From an uncultured Bacteroidales bacterium (GTDB taxonomy: Bacteria > Bacteroidota > Bacteroidia > Bacteroidales > UBA7960): DNA of 64,000 bases. This document shows positions 1 through 8,355 of this stretch, one piece after another. Within the stretch, counting starts at the first letter, position 1, and each line of letters starts with the position of its first letter. The DNA is taken from NCBI GenBank assembly GCA_964477035.1, contig CAYZCW010000003.1:31540-95539 (forward strand), written 5' to 3'. A program made the translations under genes and the position numbers. Below the pieces are notes generated by a model. It was given only the letters and a program-made list of their open reading frames with translations. It was not told where the DNA came from and searched no databases.

Positions 1-559
1 GCACCTCCAGGGCGAAGATCAAACCGGCGATGGGGGCTTTGAAGATGGCGGCAATGGCGGCGGCGGCCCCGCAGCCGATGAGCATGGCGCTGCGCTTGTG
101 CCCGAACCTGACCGCCTGGGCCACGTTGGAGCCGATGGCCGCCCCGGTCGACACGATGGGTGCCTCCATCCCCACCGACCCGCCCAGCCCGCCGGTAAAC
201 GTGCAGGCGATGATGGAAGAATAGGTGTTGTGCAGCTTCATCACCCCCTTGTTGCGTGAAATGGCATACAGAATGCGGGTGACCCCGTGGCTGATGTCGT
301 CCCTGACGAAGGTGCGCACGTAAAAGACGGTGATCAGGATGCCGATCAGGGGGAACACCAGGAAGAAGTAATTTTCCATGTGCCTGGCCGGGATGTTCCG
401 CACCCAGGCCTCCAGGTAGTGCACCGAGGTCTTCAGGATAACCGCCGCGATGGAGGCCAGCAAGCCGATGACCACACACAGGACCAGGGTGAAGTTCCGG
501 TCGCTGATGTGCTTCTGCCGCCATATCAGGAATCTGTCGACCCAGGGTTGCTGTTCCAT
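1..559 (-). CDS. ClC-family chloride channel, N-terminal part (gene runs off the window start)
   Basis: Absent from the ORF track because it is truncated. My minus-strand translation from the ATG at 559 reads MEQQPWVDRFLIWRQKHISDRNF...GGLGGSVGMEAPIVSTGAAIGSNV...LIGCGAAAAIAAIFKAPIAGLIFALEV. It has a GxEAP gating-glutamate-like motif and the ClC APxAGxxFALE motif. Confidence 0.8.
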   Translation of the reverse strand, partial: MEQQPWVDRFLIWRQKHISDRNFTLVLCVVIGLLASIAAVILKTSVHYLEAWVRNIPARHMENYFFLVFPLIGILITVFYVRTFVRDDISHGVTRILYAISRNKGVMKLHNTYSSIIACTFTGGLGGSVGMEAPIVSTGAAIGSNVAQAVRFGHKRSAMLIGCGAAAAIAAIFKAPIAGLIFALEV

Positions 560-618
560 GGCACGGGCTGTTGGGTGGTTGCTGCCGCCGGGGGCGCCTG
601 GCCCGTCCGACGAAAAAT

Positions 619-626
619 CAAAAATA
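619..626 (-). promoter_or_regulatory. Candidate Bacteroidota -7 promoter box (TATTTTTG) for the ClC gene
   Basis: Exact TAnnTTTG match on the minus strand, about 59 nt upstream of the ATG at 559. Confidence 0.3.
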
Positions 627-686
627 AGGGATTTGGGGCAAACCCCGAAAGCCACGGACCAAATTATGCCCGTTGGCGGGACGATC

Positions 687-1466
687 TCAGTCCCCCCTCC
701 TGCTTTTCTCGGGCAGGTACTTCCAGTAACGGACCGGCATGGCGCGGCGCATCTGCCGGTGGTTGCGGCGCTCCAGGATGTTGACGGCATCGTAGTAGCC
801 CTGCCAGAGCCGGCAATAAAAATCCTCGTCCAGGTCGCGGACCCCGGTGGCCAGGTTGCCGCTGCGCAGGTCGATGCGGTGGTTCTCCAGGACGATCTCC
901 CTGACCGCCAAGGTATCGTAATAGATGCCATACTGTCTGCGGGTGTCGTAGATCACCCACTTCTGTCCCCCGTAACGGTTCCTGAAATGCCGGGCCAGCA
1001 AACGAAGGATGTCGTGGTCGGGCGCCACCGGGGCGAAGTACATGCCGTCGGCCGTCTTCTGAAAGCGCACCAGCCCGTGGAAACGGTGCACTTCAAGCTT
1101 CACCCGCCGGGCCATCTGCACCAGCCGGAACACGGTTTCATCGAGCAGGTTCAGGTGGTACCCGGGGTCCCCTCCACGAAACACCTTTTCCAGGTACTGC
1201 CACAGCAGCATCTCGGTTTGCGGCTCCTGCGCCAGGAAAGCCACGTGCACCAGCCGGGCATTTTTCATGCTTGTTTTCTGTTCCAGCCCCTCCCACACCC
1301 GCCGGGCCTGGGTGTCGTTTCGTCGGATGGGCAAGAGGTCTCCCAGGGGCATCTGCACGCCCGGGCGTTCTGCCAGGATGGCTTCGGGGCGCTGCCGGCC
1401 GGCGAAGGCCCGGAACACCACCGTGAGGAAGCCTTCGAAAGTGCCGTCGTAAGTGTAGGTGGGCAT
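687..1466 (-). CDS. TIGR03915-family probable DNA metabolism protein (DUF4130), partner of the radical-SAM protein upstream
   Basis: 259 aa starting MPTYTYDGTFEGFLTVVFRAF, with FHGLVRFQKTADGMYFAPVAPDHDILRLLARHFRNRY. This is the typical family sequence, and it lies directly downstream of the TIGR03916-type gene. Confidence 0.8.
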   Translation of the reverse strand: MPTYTYDGTFEGFLTVVFRAFAGRQRPEAILAERPGVQMPLGDLLPIRRNDTQARRVWEGLEQKTSMKNARLVHVAFLAQEPQTEMLLWQYLEKVFRGGDPGYHLNLLDETVFRLVQMARRVKLEVHRFHGLVRFQKTADGMYFAPVAPDHDILRLLARHFRNRYGGQKWVIYDTRRQYGIYYDTLAVREIVLENHRIDLRSGNLATGVRDLDEDFYCRLWQGYYDAVNILERRNHRQMRRAMPVRYWKYLPEKSRRGD

Positions 1467-1501
1467 TGGTTGTTGGTTGTTGGTTGTTGGTGGTTGGCCA
1501 A
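1467..1501 (-). repeat. Heptanucleotide tandem array (about 5 units; minus strand reads CCAACAA x3, CCACCAA, TTGGCCA) abutting the start codon at 1466
   Basis: The plus strand reads TGGTTGT TGGTTGT TGGTTGT TGGTGGT TGGCCAA. It occupies almost the whole 38-nt spacer between the stop at 1505 and the ATG at 1466. Confidence 0.85.
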
Positions 1502-1504
1502 AGG

Positions 1505-2752
1505 CTAATCGCCGAAAGCCAATACCAGTTGGTTGGCGGGTTCCTTTTTATTTGTCAGCAGTTTGCGCCGGATCTGTTCCGGTGGCAGGGAGGCCGCAGC
1601 GGGGGGCAGTTCCCGGCACAGGATGAAGTAGCGGGCCCGGTTCAGCGCCACCCCCATGCGCCTGAGGTGGGTGAAGGTCACACTGCCGAAACGGCGGTTG
1701 GCCACGATCAGCCGGGCGGAGCGCACCCCGATGCCGGGCACGCGCAGGATCATTTCGTAAGGGGCCCTGTTCAGGTCGACCGGGAACTGCTGGGGATTGC
1801 GCAGGGCGAAGGCCAGCTTGGGATCCATGTGGGGATCGAGCGACAGGTGCTGTTCATCCAGGATCTCGTCGTAACGAAAGTGGTAGAAGCGCATCAGCCA
1901 GTCGGCCTGGTAGAGGCGGTTCTCCCGCAGCAGGGGCGGCTTCTGCAGGACGGGCAGGCGGCTGTCGCCGGGGTTCACGGGCACGAAGCCGGAATAGTAC
2001 ACCCTTTTGAGCTGCTGTTCCCCGTACAGGCCGGCGGCCAGCTTCAGGATGCCGAAGTCGGTTTCCGGACTGGCCCCGACCACCAGCTGGGTGCTTTGTC
2101 CGGCCGGGGCAAAGCGGGGTGCCTTTTTGTATTTGCGCCGCTCCTCCCGGCTTTCCAGGATGCCCTGCCGGATCTGGTTCATGGGGCTGTACACACTGGG
2201 ATAGTCCTTCTCTGGCGCCAGCAGCTTCAGGCTGGATTCGGACGGGATCTCGATGTTCACGCTGATGCGGTCGGCCCATAGCCCGGCCTCTGCCACGAGG
2301 CCGGGGGAGGCCCCCGGGATGGCCTTCAGGTGGATGTAGCCGTGGAAGCGGTGCTCCTGCCTCAGGGTCCGCGCCACGGCCACCAGGCGTTCCATGGTGT
2401 GGTCCGGGCTCACGACCACCCCGGAGCTGAGGAAAAGTCCCTCGATGTAATTGCGCCGGTAGAAATTCAGGGTGAGGTCCACCAGTTCCTTCACGGTGAA
2501 GGCGCTGCGGGGCACGTCGTTGCTGCGGCGGTTCACACAGTAGGCGCAGTCGTAGATGCAGTGGTTGGTATAGAGGATCTTGAGCAGGGAGATGCAGCGG
2601 CCGTCCTCCGTGAAGGAATGGCACACCCCGGCATGCACGGCATGGCCCAGGCCGTCTCCCCTGCTGCGGCGGCTGCCGCTGGAGGAGCAGGACACATCGT
2701 ACTTGGCCGCATCGGCCAGGATGCGCACCTTGCCCAGCACCTTGCCGTTCAT
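1505..2752 (-). CDS. Putative DNA modification/repair radical SAM protein (TIGR03916 type)
   Basis: 415 aa with the CxxxCxxC cluster (NHCIYDCAYC), the conserved N-terminus ILADAAKYDVSCSSSG, and a C-terminal helix-hairpin-helix-like segment (RVPGIGVRSARLIV). Confidence 0.9.
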   Translation of the reverse strand: MNGKVLGKVRILADAAKYDVSCSSSGSRRSRGDGLGHAVHAGVCHSFTEDGRCISLLKILYTNHCIYDCAYCVNRRSNDVPRSAFTVKELVDLTLNFYRRNYIEGLFLSSGVVVSPDHTMERLVAVARTLRQEHRFHGYIHLKAIPGASPGLVAEAGLWADRISVNIEIPSESSLKLLAPEKDYPSVYSPMNQIRQGILESREERRKYKKAPRFAPAGQSTQLVVGASPETDFGILKLAAGLYGEQQLKRVYYSGFVPVNPGDSRLPVLQKPPLLRENRLYQADWLMRFYHFRYDEILDEQHLSLDPHMDPKLAFALRNPQQFPVDLNRAPYEMILRVPGIGVRSARLIVANRRFGSVTFTHLRRMGVALNRARYFILCRELPPAAASLPPEQIRRKLLTNKKEPANQLVLAFGD

Positions 2753-2856
2753 GATCCTTCTCCTTGGAAAATGATTGGTTTTTAATCAAAACCCGCCCCC
2801 TTAATATAGGGGAAATTCTGGACCATGGCAAAGGCCGGGCAAAAAAATACGGGAGG

Positions 2857-2886
2857 ACAAAAAAGCCCCGGGCGGGGGCCCGGGGC
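2857..2886 (-). terminator. Rho-independent terminator downstream of the 2973..3863 gene
   Basis: On the minus strand AGCCCCGGGC-ccc-GCCCGGGGCT is followed by TTTTTTG. The 10-bp stem is GC-rich. Confidence 0.55.
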
Positions 2887-2972
2887 TTAAAAAAGATTAA
2901 AGCGAAGGAGATGGGGCGGGTCATTTGATTCCCCGCCTTTAATGTCCGGTCTTTCGTGCTGCGTTCCTCGTC

Positions 2973-3863
2973 TTACATCCAGCGGCGTGCCATGAAGACG
3001 GCGCCTGCGAGAATCAGGCCCAGGGCAAGGTAAAGGCCCCAGCCGGAGAGCGGCACGGGCGGGTAGTGGGGAGATTGCAGGAAAATAAAAGAGTCCACCA
3101 GCGTGTCGTCGCCGTCGGCAATCGCGAGTTTGACCGTATAGGTCTGCCCTGCCACCAAAGGCACATCGATCCCCATAGGGGTGGTGTGCCAGCCCAGCTC
3201 GTTGCCGGGGCTGTCACTGCCGTCAATGAAGAAGTCTTCGTTGACCGCCGGACCGAAATTGTTCACGGTCATCGCGTCGGCTGTACCCGGGATCAGGGCC
3301 ACATTGGTCCCGTTCACAAAGAGGGCGAAGGCATCATCATAGTCGATGATGGCGTTGGATTGTTCAAATGACCCAAAAACGATTCTCAGGGGCCAGAGGT
3401 CGCCCTGGGCCGTGAACTGGAACTCCAGCACGGCGGCATCGAACGTTCCGTCGGGTGCCGTGCTGATGGCATCCAGGTCCGGATCGCCGGGAAGTCCATG
3501 CTGGGCATTGATCGCGTTCTCCACAAAGGGATGGTGGATCAGGCCGCTGCTCATGACCACCCCGCCCCGGAGTCCAAGACCAGCCTGCAAACCATCACGA
3601 AACAGGCCGGCCGCGGAAACAGGCTGGTTCTCACTGTCCAGTCCCTGAAAGAAACTGGCATTGAGGATGGTGTAGGGCACATCCGGCCCTAACAAGGCTT
3701 CCACCAGGTCGGCCGCCGAGGTGGTCGTGCCGTCTACGGGGAGGATGGAGGCATTGGTCTGCATGGCCGAAAGCGGGGCCGGTCCGGTGCCCGGATCGCG
3801 CTGGGCCAGCAATGCCGGCACGCTTACCAGCAGGATAAAGGAAAGAATGGCAATTTTCTTCAT
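2973..3863 (-). CDS. Secreted choice-of-anchor L domain protein with an IPTL-CTERM-like C-terminal sorting tail
   Basis: The signal peptide is MKKIAILSFILLVSVPALLAQ. The core reads DLVEALLGP...GDPDLD...FDAAVLEFQFTAQGD...VFGSFEQ...DDAFALFVNGTNVALIPGT, typical of choice-of-anchor L. The tail is PPVPLSGWGLYLALGLILAGAVFMARRWM. Confidence 0.8.
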   Translation of the reverse strand: MKKIAILSFILLVSVPALLAQRDPGTGPAPLSAMQTNASILPVDGTTTSAADLVEALLGPDVPYTILNASFFQGLDSENQPVSAAGLFRDGLQAGLGLRGGVVMSSGLIHHPFVENAINAQHGLPGDPDLDAISTAPDGTFDAAVLEFQFTAQGDLWPLRIVFGSFEQSNAIIDYDDAFALFVNGTNVALIPGTADAMTVNNFGPAVNEDFFIDGSDSPGNELGWHTTPMGIDVPLVAGQTYTVKLAIADGDDTLVDSFIFLQSPHYPPVPLSGWGLYLALGLILAGAVFMARRWM

Positions 3864-3945
3864 GGCATCATGTTGTTTTAAGGGGAGCTTATTATGGGGT
3901 GCAAGTTAGAAAAAAAAACATTTCCTTCATCCTGTTGGAAAAAAT

Positions 3946-6228
3946 TTACCCCCTGTCGATACTGAACCTCAACCCCATGTAAAACATGCGCCCGGTGAGG
4001 GGTCCCCAGATCATGCTCCCGTCAAAATGTTCCCCGAAGGGGTTGCCCGGGTCGATGATGGGATGCTCCTGCCGGAAGCCGGTCAGGTTCTCCCCCCCCA
4101 GGTAAATGTCGAGATTGCGCCAGCGGTAGGTCACCTGGGCCAGCAGCAGGACATGGGCCGGCGAGGCCTCCGGGAAATGGAAGGCATCGGTGTGGTTGGC
4201 GATCACCGGGATGCGGCCGGGACCGTTGAACTGGGCCGTGGCATCGATCTGCCAGCGGTTGTTGCGGGTGGCGTAGGAGCCGGTGAGCAAACCCCGGTAT
4301 CGGTTCACGAAAGGCTTGGCAAGCAACTCCTCCCGGATGGTCATCTGCACATCGGAATAGCGCAGGGCCGCGGTCACTTCAAAGAACAGGAAAGGTTCGA
4401 AGCTGAACTCCAGCTGGTAGTTGTTGGCAAAAGACCGCCCGTTCAGGTTGTAGAAGCGGGCCTCACGGTAGTCGGTATCCACATCCACGACAAGCTGGTT
4501 CACGAACGTGGTGCGGTACACCTCGGCCGCCAGGGAGGCATCGCGGCCGAACAGCATCAGGTGGCGGGTGAGACTGCCCCCGGCATTCCAGGCCTGTTCG
4601 GGCAGGAGGTCCTCCAGGACCCTGAATCGTTTGCTGCTGACCAGCAGCCCGGTGTTTTCGGCGACCGGGTTGGGGATGCGGTAGCCTTTCCCGGCCGAGG
4701 CCCTGAAGGTGGTGCGCTCATCGATCGCATAGCGCAGGTGAAATCGCGGGGTAAAGAACGTGCCGAACAGGTTATGAAAATCCAGCCGCAGCCCGCCGCT
4801 CAGGGTCAGCCGCTCAGGCAGCTGGTAGGTGTATTGGAAAAAGGCGCCCGGCACCGATTCCCTGCGTGCAAACAGCGAGTCGCTGAGGGATTCGCTGTAA
4901 TCGTCCAGCAGGTAGCTGATTCCCGTGGTGAAGCGGTGGTCTGGATGTCCCAGGCTGTTCTCAAACAGGATGTTGGCGTAAAATGAATTCTGGGTGCCGT
5001 CGTATGGCCGCTGTCCGTAATGGGATGCCACGCTGTGGTGGGTGAAGCTGAGCTGGGTCCCCAGGCTGGCATCGGGCAGGCCCCGGAAGAAGAAACCCGT
5101 TTTGGCAAACGCCTCGTAGCGGCTGGTGTTCACCCCGAAACCGAAATAGCTGTCCGAGCCCCAGTTCTCCCCGTTCTCGAAAAAGGCGACCTGTCCCCCC
5201 TGGCGTTCCTCCTTCAGCACCCGGAAGCCAAACTGCGACTCCATCACCCCGGGGCGGTCGTAGCGGTAACGGTTGAGGATGTTGTATTTTTTCATCATCG
5301 GATGGTCCAGGAAGGCATTGTGGCTGTGGTCGATCTGGTTGTTCATGAACTCCCCGTGGGCCATGACCATGGTGCTCCACAGCGGGCTGAGGTCCACCGC
5401 CCCCAGAACGGAGCTCTCCAGCCTGCCAAAGTCGTTCGCGTAAAAATTGTAATAAAACCGTTCGGGTCCCTCGGGCTTCTTGAGCTCCACGTTGATCTGT
5501 CCCGTGATGGACTCGTAACCGTTGATCACGCTGGCCGAGCCTTTGGAGATCTGGATGGACTCCATCCACGGGCCCGGGATGAACCCCAGCCCGAACGGCT
5601 GACCCAGTCCGCGGATCGTGGGCATGTTCTCGGTCATGATCTGGCTGTAGGTCCCGGCAAGGCCCAGCATCTGTATCTGTTGGGCTCCCGATACCGCGTC
5701 ACTGTATGACACGTCGATCGAAGCGTTGGTTTCGAACGCCTCGCTGAGGTTGCAGCAGGCGGCCCGTTGCAGCTCGGTGGAAGTGATTACCTGGGTCATG
5801 ATGGGCTCCAGGGAAGACACATGGGTGCCCGGGCGCCTGCCGGCCACCACCACCTCGTTCAGTTCCCGGGTGGCCGACAGGATCACCTCCACCGACTCTT
5901 GTGCAGTGGTGATCATCAGGGTGTCGCTTTCGTAGCCGATGTAACTGACCACCAACTGGTGGGGCAGGCGGGAGGGCAGGGCCAGCCGGAAGGTTCCATC
6001 CGCACCGGTGGCCACCCCCTGGGTGGTTCCCAGCCAGAACACATTGGCCCCGGCCAGGGGCTGCAGGTGTTCGTGATTCCCCTGGGTTTCCCTCTCCATC
6101 ACCTTGCCCCTGAGGTATCCGGAAGATTGTCCCCTGGCGGGAATGGCCTGTAAAAACAGGAGAAATACAATCGCGGCGATCTGAACAACAGACCGTTGCC
6201 GGGCAACAAAGAATTGAATAAAAGACAT
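3946..6228 (-). CDS. TonB-dependent receptor with an N-terminal carboxypeptidase-regulatory-like domain
   Basis: 760 aa with a signal peptide, YLRGKV...GANV CarboxypepD_reg-like start, a plug region (SAVSGAQQIQMLGLAGTYSQI), and a C-terminal barrel ending MFYMGLRFSIDRG. Confidence 0.9.
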   Translation of the reverse strand: MSFIQFFVARQRSVVQIAAIVFLLFLQAIPARGQSSGYLRGKVMERETQGNHEHLQPLAGANVFWLGTTQGVATGADGTFRLALPSRLPHQLVVSYIGYESDTLMITTAQESVEVILSATRELNEVVVAGRRPGTHVSSLEPIMTQVITSTELQRAACCNLSEAFETNASIDVSYSDAVSGAQQIQMLGLAGTYSQIMTENMPTIRGLGQPFGLGFIPGPWMESIQISKGSASVINGYESITGQINVELKKPEGPERFYYNFYANDFGRLESSVLGAVDLSPLWSTMVMAHGEFMNNQIDHSHNAFLDHPMMKKYNILNRYRYDRPGVMESQFGFRVLKEERQGGQVAFFENGENWGSDSYFGFGVNTSRYEAFAKTGFFFRGLPDASLGTQLSFTHHSVASHYGQRPYDGTQNSFYANILFENSLGHPDHRFTTGISYLLDDYSESLSDSLFARRESVPGAFFQYTYQLPERLTLSGGLRLDFHNLFGTFFTPRFHLRYAIDERTTFRASAGKGYRIPNPVAENTGLLVSSKRFRVLEDLLPEQAWNAGGSLTRHLMLFGRDASLAAEVYRTTFVNQLVVDVDTDYREARFYNLNGRSFANNYQLEFSFEPFLFFEVTAALRYSDVQMTIREELLAKPFVNRYRGLLTGSYATRNNRWQIDATAQFNGPGRIPVIANHTDAFHFPEASPAHVLLLAQVTYRWRNLDIYLGGENLTGFRQEHPIIDPGNPFGEHFDGSMIWGPLTGRMFYMGLRFSIDRG

Positions 6229-6330
6229 GTTTGAAGCTTTTTAATGGTACACAATGGATGCTGCCATTGGCCGGGCATGCAGGATGCATGGTGGCTTTGC
6301 CGGCAGGTCGTTGTTGGGTCCGTTAAAAAG

Positions 6331-6825
6331 TCAGGAGGCGATCTTCAGATGGTGGGAAAAGAGGATGAACTCCCGTCCCGTGAGGCGGGGCGGGGGGTCT
6401 GTTTTGGAAGTACCGGATAAAGACTCCGGCTCCCTGTCGGTCAACAGGCCTTCGCCTGAAGCGAGGGCATGCAATACCACCAGGGCGGGGGCTTCCACCC
6501 GGACCACCGGGCGTTCGGAGGCCAGCTCCGCATCGTTTTTCAGGTACACCACCTCGATCCGGCAGCATCCGTCCGGCCCGTTCAACCCGCAGGCAGGAGG
6601 TTCAGCTGCCGGTCCCGGCAAGGCACAGCAGGCGGTTTCGCCAGCTCCATCCATGGGGTCGGCCTTCCCGGCATGGCCGCAGCAGTCCGGCTGTGCCGCC
6701 GCAAAAACGATGCCGGTGGTGTCACAGCCCATGCAGTGATGCACCAACAGCCTCATCCCGGTAAAGGAGACAAGAAAAAAGGCCGCAAGGAGCAGGGCGG
6801 TGGTCTGTCGGATGGTTTGAATCAC
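6331..6825 (-). CDS. Cys-rich small membrane protein (resembles the Bacteroidota HYC_CC_PP family)
   Basis: 164 aa with an N-terminal TM helix, then the HHCMGC, DCCGH, ACC, CG and GCC motifs and a PPP motif near the C-terminus. It sits between the HMA gene and the TonB receptor. Confidence 0.6.
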   Translation of the reverse strand: MIQTIRQTTALLLAAFFLVSFTGMRLLVHHCMGCDTTGIVFAAAQPDCCGHAGKADPMDGAGETACCALPGPAAEPPACGLNGPDGCCRIEVVYLKNDAELASERPVVRVEAPALVVLHALASGEGLLTDREPESLSGTSKTDPPPRLTGREFILFSHHLKIAS

Positions 6826-6875
6826 TGTGGCAAAAATACATTATTTCCGCCGGATCTGGTTCATTGACCAGCCGG

Positions 6876-7268
6876 CTACTTTTCGTCGTGCCGGCGGTTC
6901 TTCTTCAGCAGCTCCGGATCCCTTTCATAGATGCAGCAAGCGTGCAGATTGGCATGGGTTTCATCATCGGTCAGAAAGTTCTCGGTATCGTGACCCACCC
7001 TGGCCACAGCCCGTTCGATGCCCTCCTGATCGGCCCGGTCCGGCCGCCAGGTGACCGTCAGCTGCTGCGCCTGCTGGTCCCACGATGCCGAACGCACCCC
7101 CCGGACGCTGTAGGCGGCCTTTTCGATGCGGTCCTTGCACATGCCGCAGTTGCCCAATACGCGGAAGGTGGCCTCCCCGGGATTGTCGTCCTGGCCGGCA
7201 GCCAAAGCCTTACCGGCTGGAAGCATCAGCATGGTGGCAAACAGTATGGAAAATAAAGCTTTCATCAT
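6876..7268 (-). CDS. Heavy-metal-associated (HMA) domain periplasmic protein
   Basis: The start is taken at MMKALFSILFATMLMLPAGKALA (signal peptide). The metal-binding loop GNCGMCKDRIEKA is a variant of the GMxCxxC motif. The ORF-track start at 7328 was trimmed. Confidence 0.8.
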   Translation of the reverse strand: MMKALFSILFATMLMLPAGKALAAGQDDNPGEATFRVLGNCGMCKDRIEKAAYSVRGVRSASWDQQAQQLTVTWRPDRADQEGIERAVARVGHDTENFLTDDETHANLHACCIYERDPELLKKNRRHDEK

Positions 7269-7297
7269 TTCTGGTTTTATAGATTTTTCATTGAACA

Positions 7298-7305
7298 CAA
7301 AGTTA
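7298..7305 (-). promoter_or_regulatory. Candidate -7 box (TAACTTTG) for the HMA / Cys-rich / TonB-receptor operon
   Basis: Exact TAnnTTTG match on the minus strand, 29 nt upstream of the ATG at 7268. Confidence 0.4.
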
Positions 7306-7381
7306 TTTAAAATCGTTCTACATAGCAAAGGCCTGGGCCTTAAAAAATCTTAATAATTCACCTATTTTTCTATCAACACCC

Positions 7382-8020
7382 ATGAAACACGGATTGTTTT
7401 CAAAAGTTTGCTGGCTTCGAAGCCTGCCGGGCCTTCGCCATCACGTCATCCTGTGGCTGATGGCCATCCCCATCCTTGTCATGGGCCAAAACCAGCACCG
7501 AAACATGACCGTCAACATCAGGGACAACGACCCGGGCAAGTATCCCGTGCAGCGCTCCGAAGAGGCCTGGAGGGAATTGCTCGACCCCATACAGTTCCGG
7601 ATCCTTCGCCTGGCGGGCACCGAAAGGGCTTTCACGGGCAGGTATCACGACTCGAAGGAGTCAGGAATATATTACTCGGCCGCCACGGGGCAGCCATTGT
7701 TCGCAGCCGACACCAAGTTCGATTCGGGCTGCGGCTGGCCCAGCTTCTACGCTCCCATCACCCCGGGCTCCGTTTATTACCGCACGGATAGCTCCCACGG
7801 CATGGTCCGCACCGAGGTGATCGACTCCGCCAGCGGATCCCACCTGGGGCACGTATTTGATGACGGACCCCCGCCCACCGGGCTGCGTTTCTGCATGAAC
7901 AGCGCCGCCCTGATCTTCGTGCCATTCGGGGAGGAACCGCCCCCCATCGTGCGAAAGTACATGAACGAACTGGCCAGCGAGGAGGAAAAACGGTCGGTGG
8001 GGCGTTACCTAAGACCTTAG
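7382..8020 (+). CDS. msrB: Peptide-methionine (R)-S-oxide reductase MsrB with an N-terminal hydrophobic extension
   Basis: Contains LAGTERAFTGRYH...FDSGCGWPSFYAP...GSHLGHVFDDGP...RFCMNSAAL, i.e. the MsrB catalytic Cys and zinc-less variant motifs. The start codon is uncertain. Confidence 0.9.
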   Translation: MKHGLFSKVCWLRSLPGLRHHVILWLMAIPILVMGQNQHRNMTVNIRDNDPGKYPVQRSEEAWRELLDPIQFRILRLAGTERAFTGRYHDSKESGIYYSAATGQPLFAADTKFDSGCGWPSFYAPITPGSVYYRTDSSHGMVRTEVIDSASGSHLGHVFDDGPPPTGLRFCMNSAALIFVPFGEEPPPIVRKYMNELASEEEKRSVGRYLRP

Positions 8021-8127
8021 GAAGTTGTGATTTTCGGGGAGTTGCCCGCGGCGGGGATGGGTCCGGCATGGTATGCTTTGCTGAATGCCGGAACCCACTG
8101 CCCGAATGTGGCCCCTTTTTAAATGGG

Positions 8128-8160
8128 AAAACCCTGTCCATCGTTCGATGGACAGGGTTT
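8128..8160 (-). terminator. Hairpin terminator immediately 3' of the initiator tRNA
   Basis: On the minus strand AAACCCTGTCCATC-gaac-GATGGACAGGGTTT is followed by TCCCATTT. The stem is a perfect 14 bp. Confidence 0.5.
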
Positions 8161-8165
8161 CCTTG

Positions 8166-8237
<72 letters not shown>

Positions 8238-8317
8238 CTCTGTGTTATTCAGGATGCAAAAATAGGGAATAAACCACGACTTACCAAATCTTTGGAAATA
8301 ATTTTGCGGAAAAGGGC

Positions 8318-8325
8318 TAACTTTG
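8318..8325 (+). promoter_or_regulatory. Candidate -7 box (TAACTTTG) for era
   Basis: Exact TAnnTTTG match, 30 nt upstream of the ATG at 8356. Confidence 0.35.
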
Positions 8326-8355
8326 CGGGTTAATCCCTTCAAAGACAAAACAACC

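Noticed and set aside
450-1508. Long ORFs antisense to, or overlapping, confidently identified genes. Examples are 450..1508(+), 1466..2281(+), 1854..2924(-), 4027..4986(+), 12951..14330(-), 16506..18464(+), 20670..21968(+), 21988..24327(+), 34399..36054(+), 39088..41556(-), 43189..44349(+), 44781..46163(-), 48278..49849(-), 49773..50867(-), 53184..54992(+), 59647..61425(+) and 62472..63896(+).
   Set aside because: In every case the other strand or frame encodes a protein with clear family motifs. The shadow ORFs have the Arg/Gly/Pro/Ala/His/Gln-rich, low-complexity composition typical of stop-codon-poor frames in GC-rich DNA, and they lack any recognisable motif.
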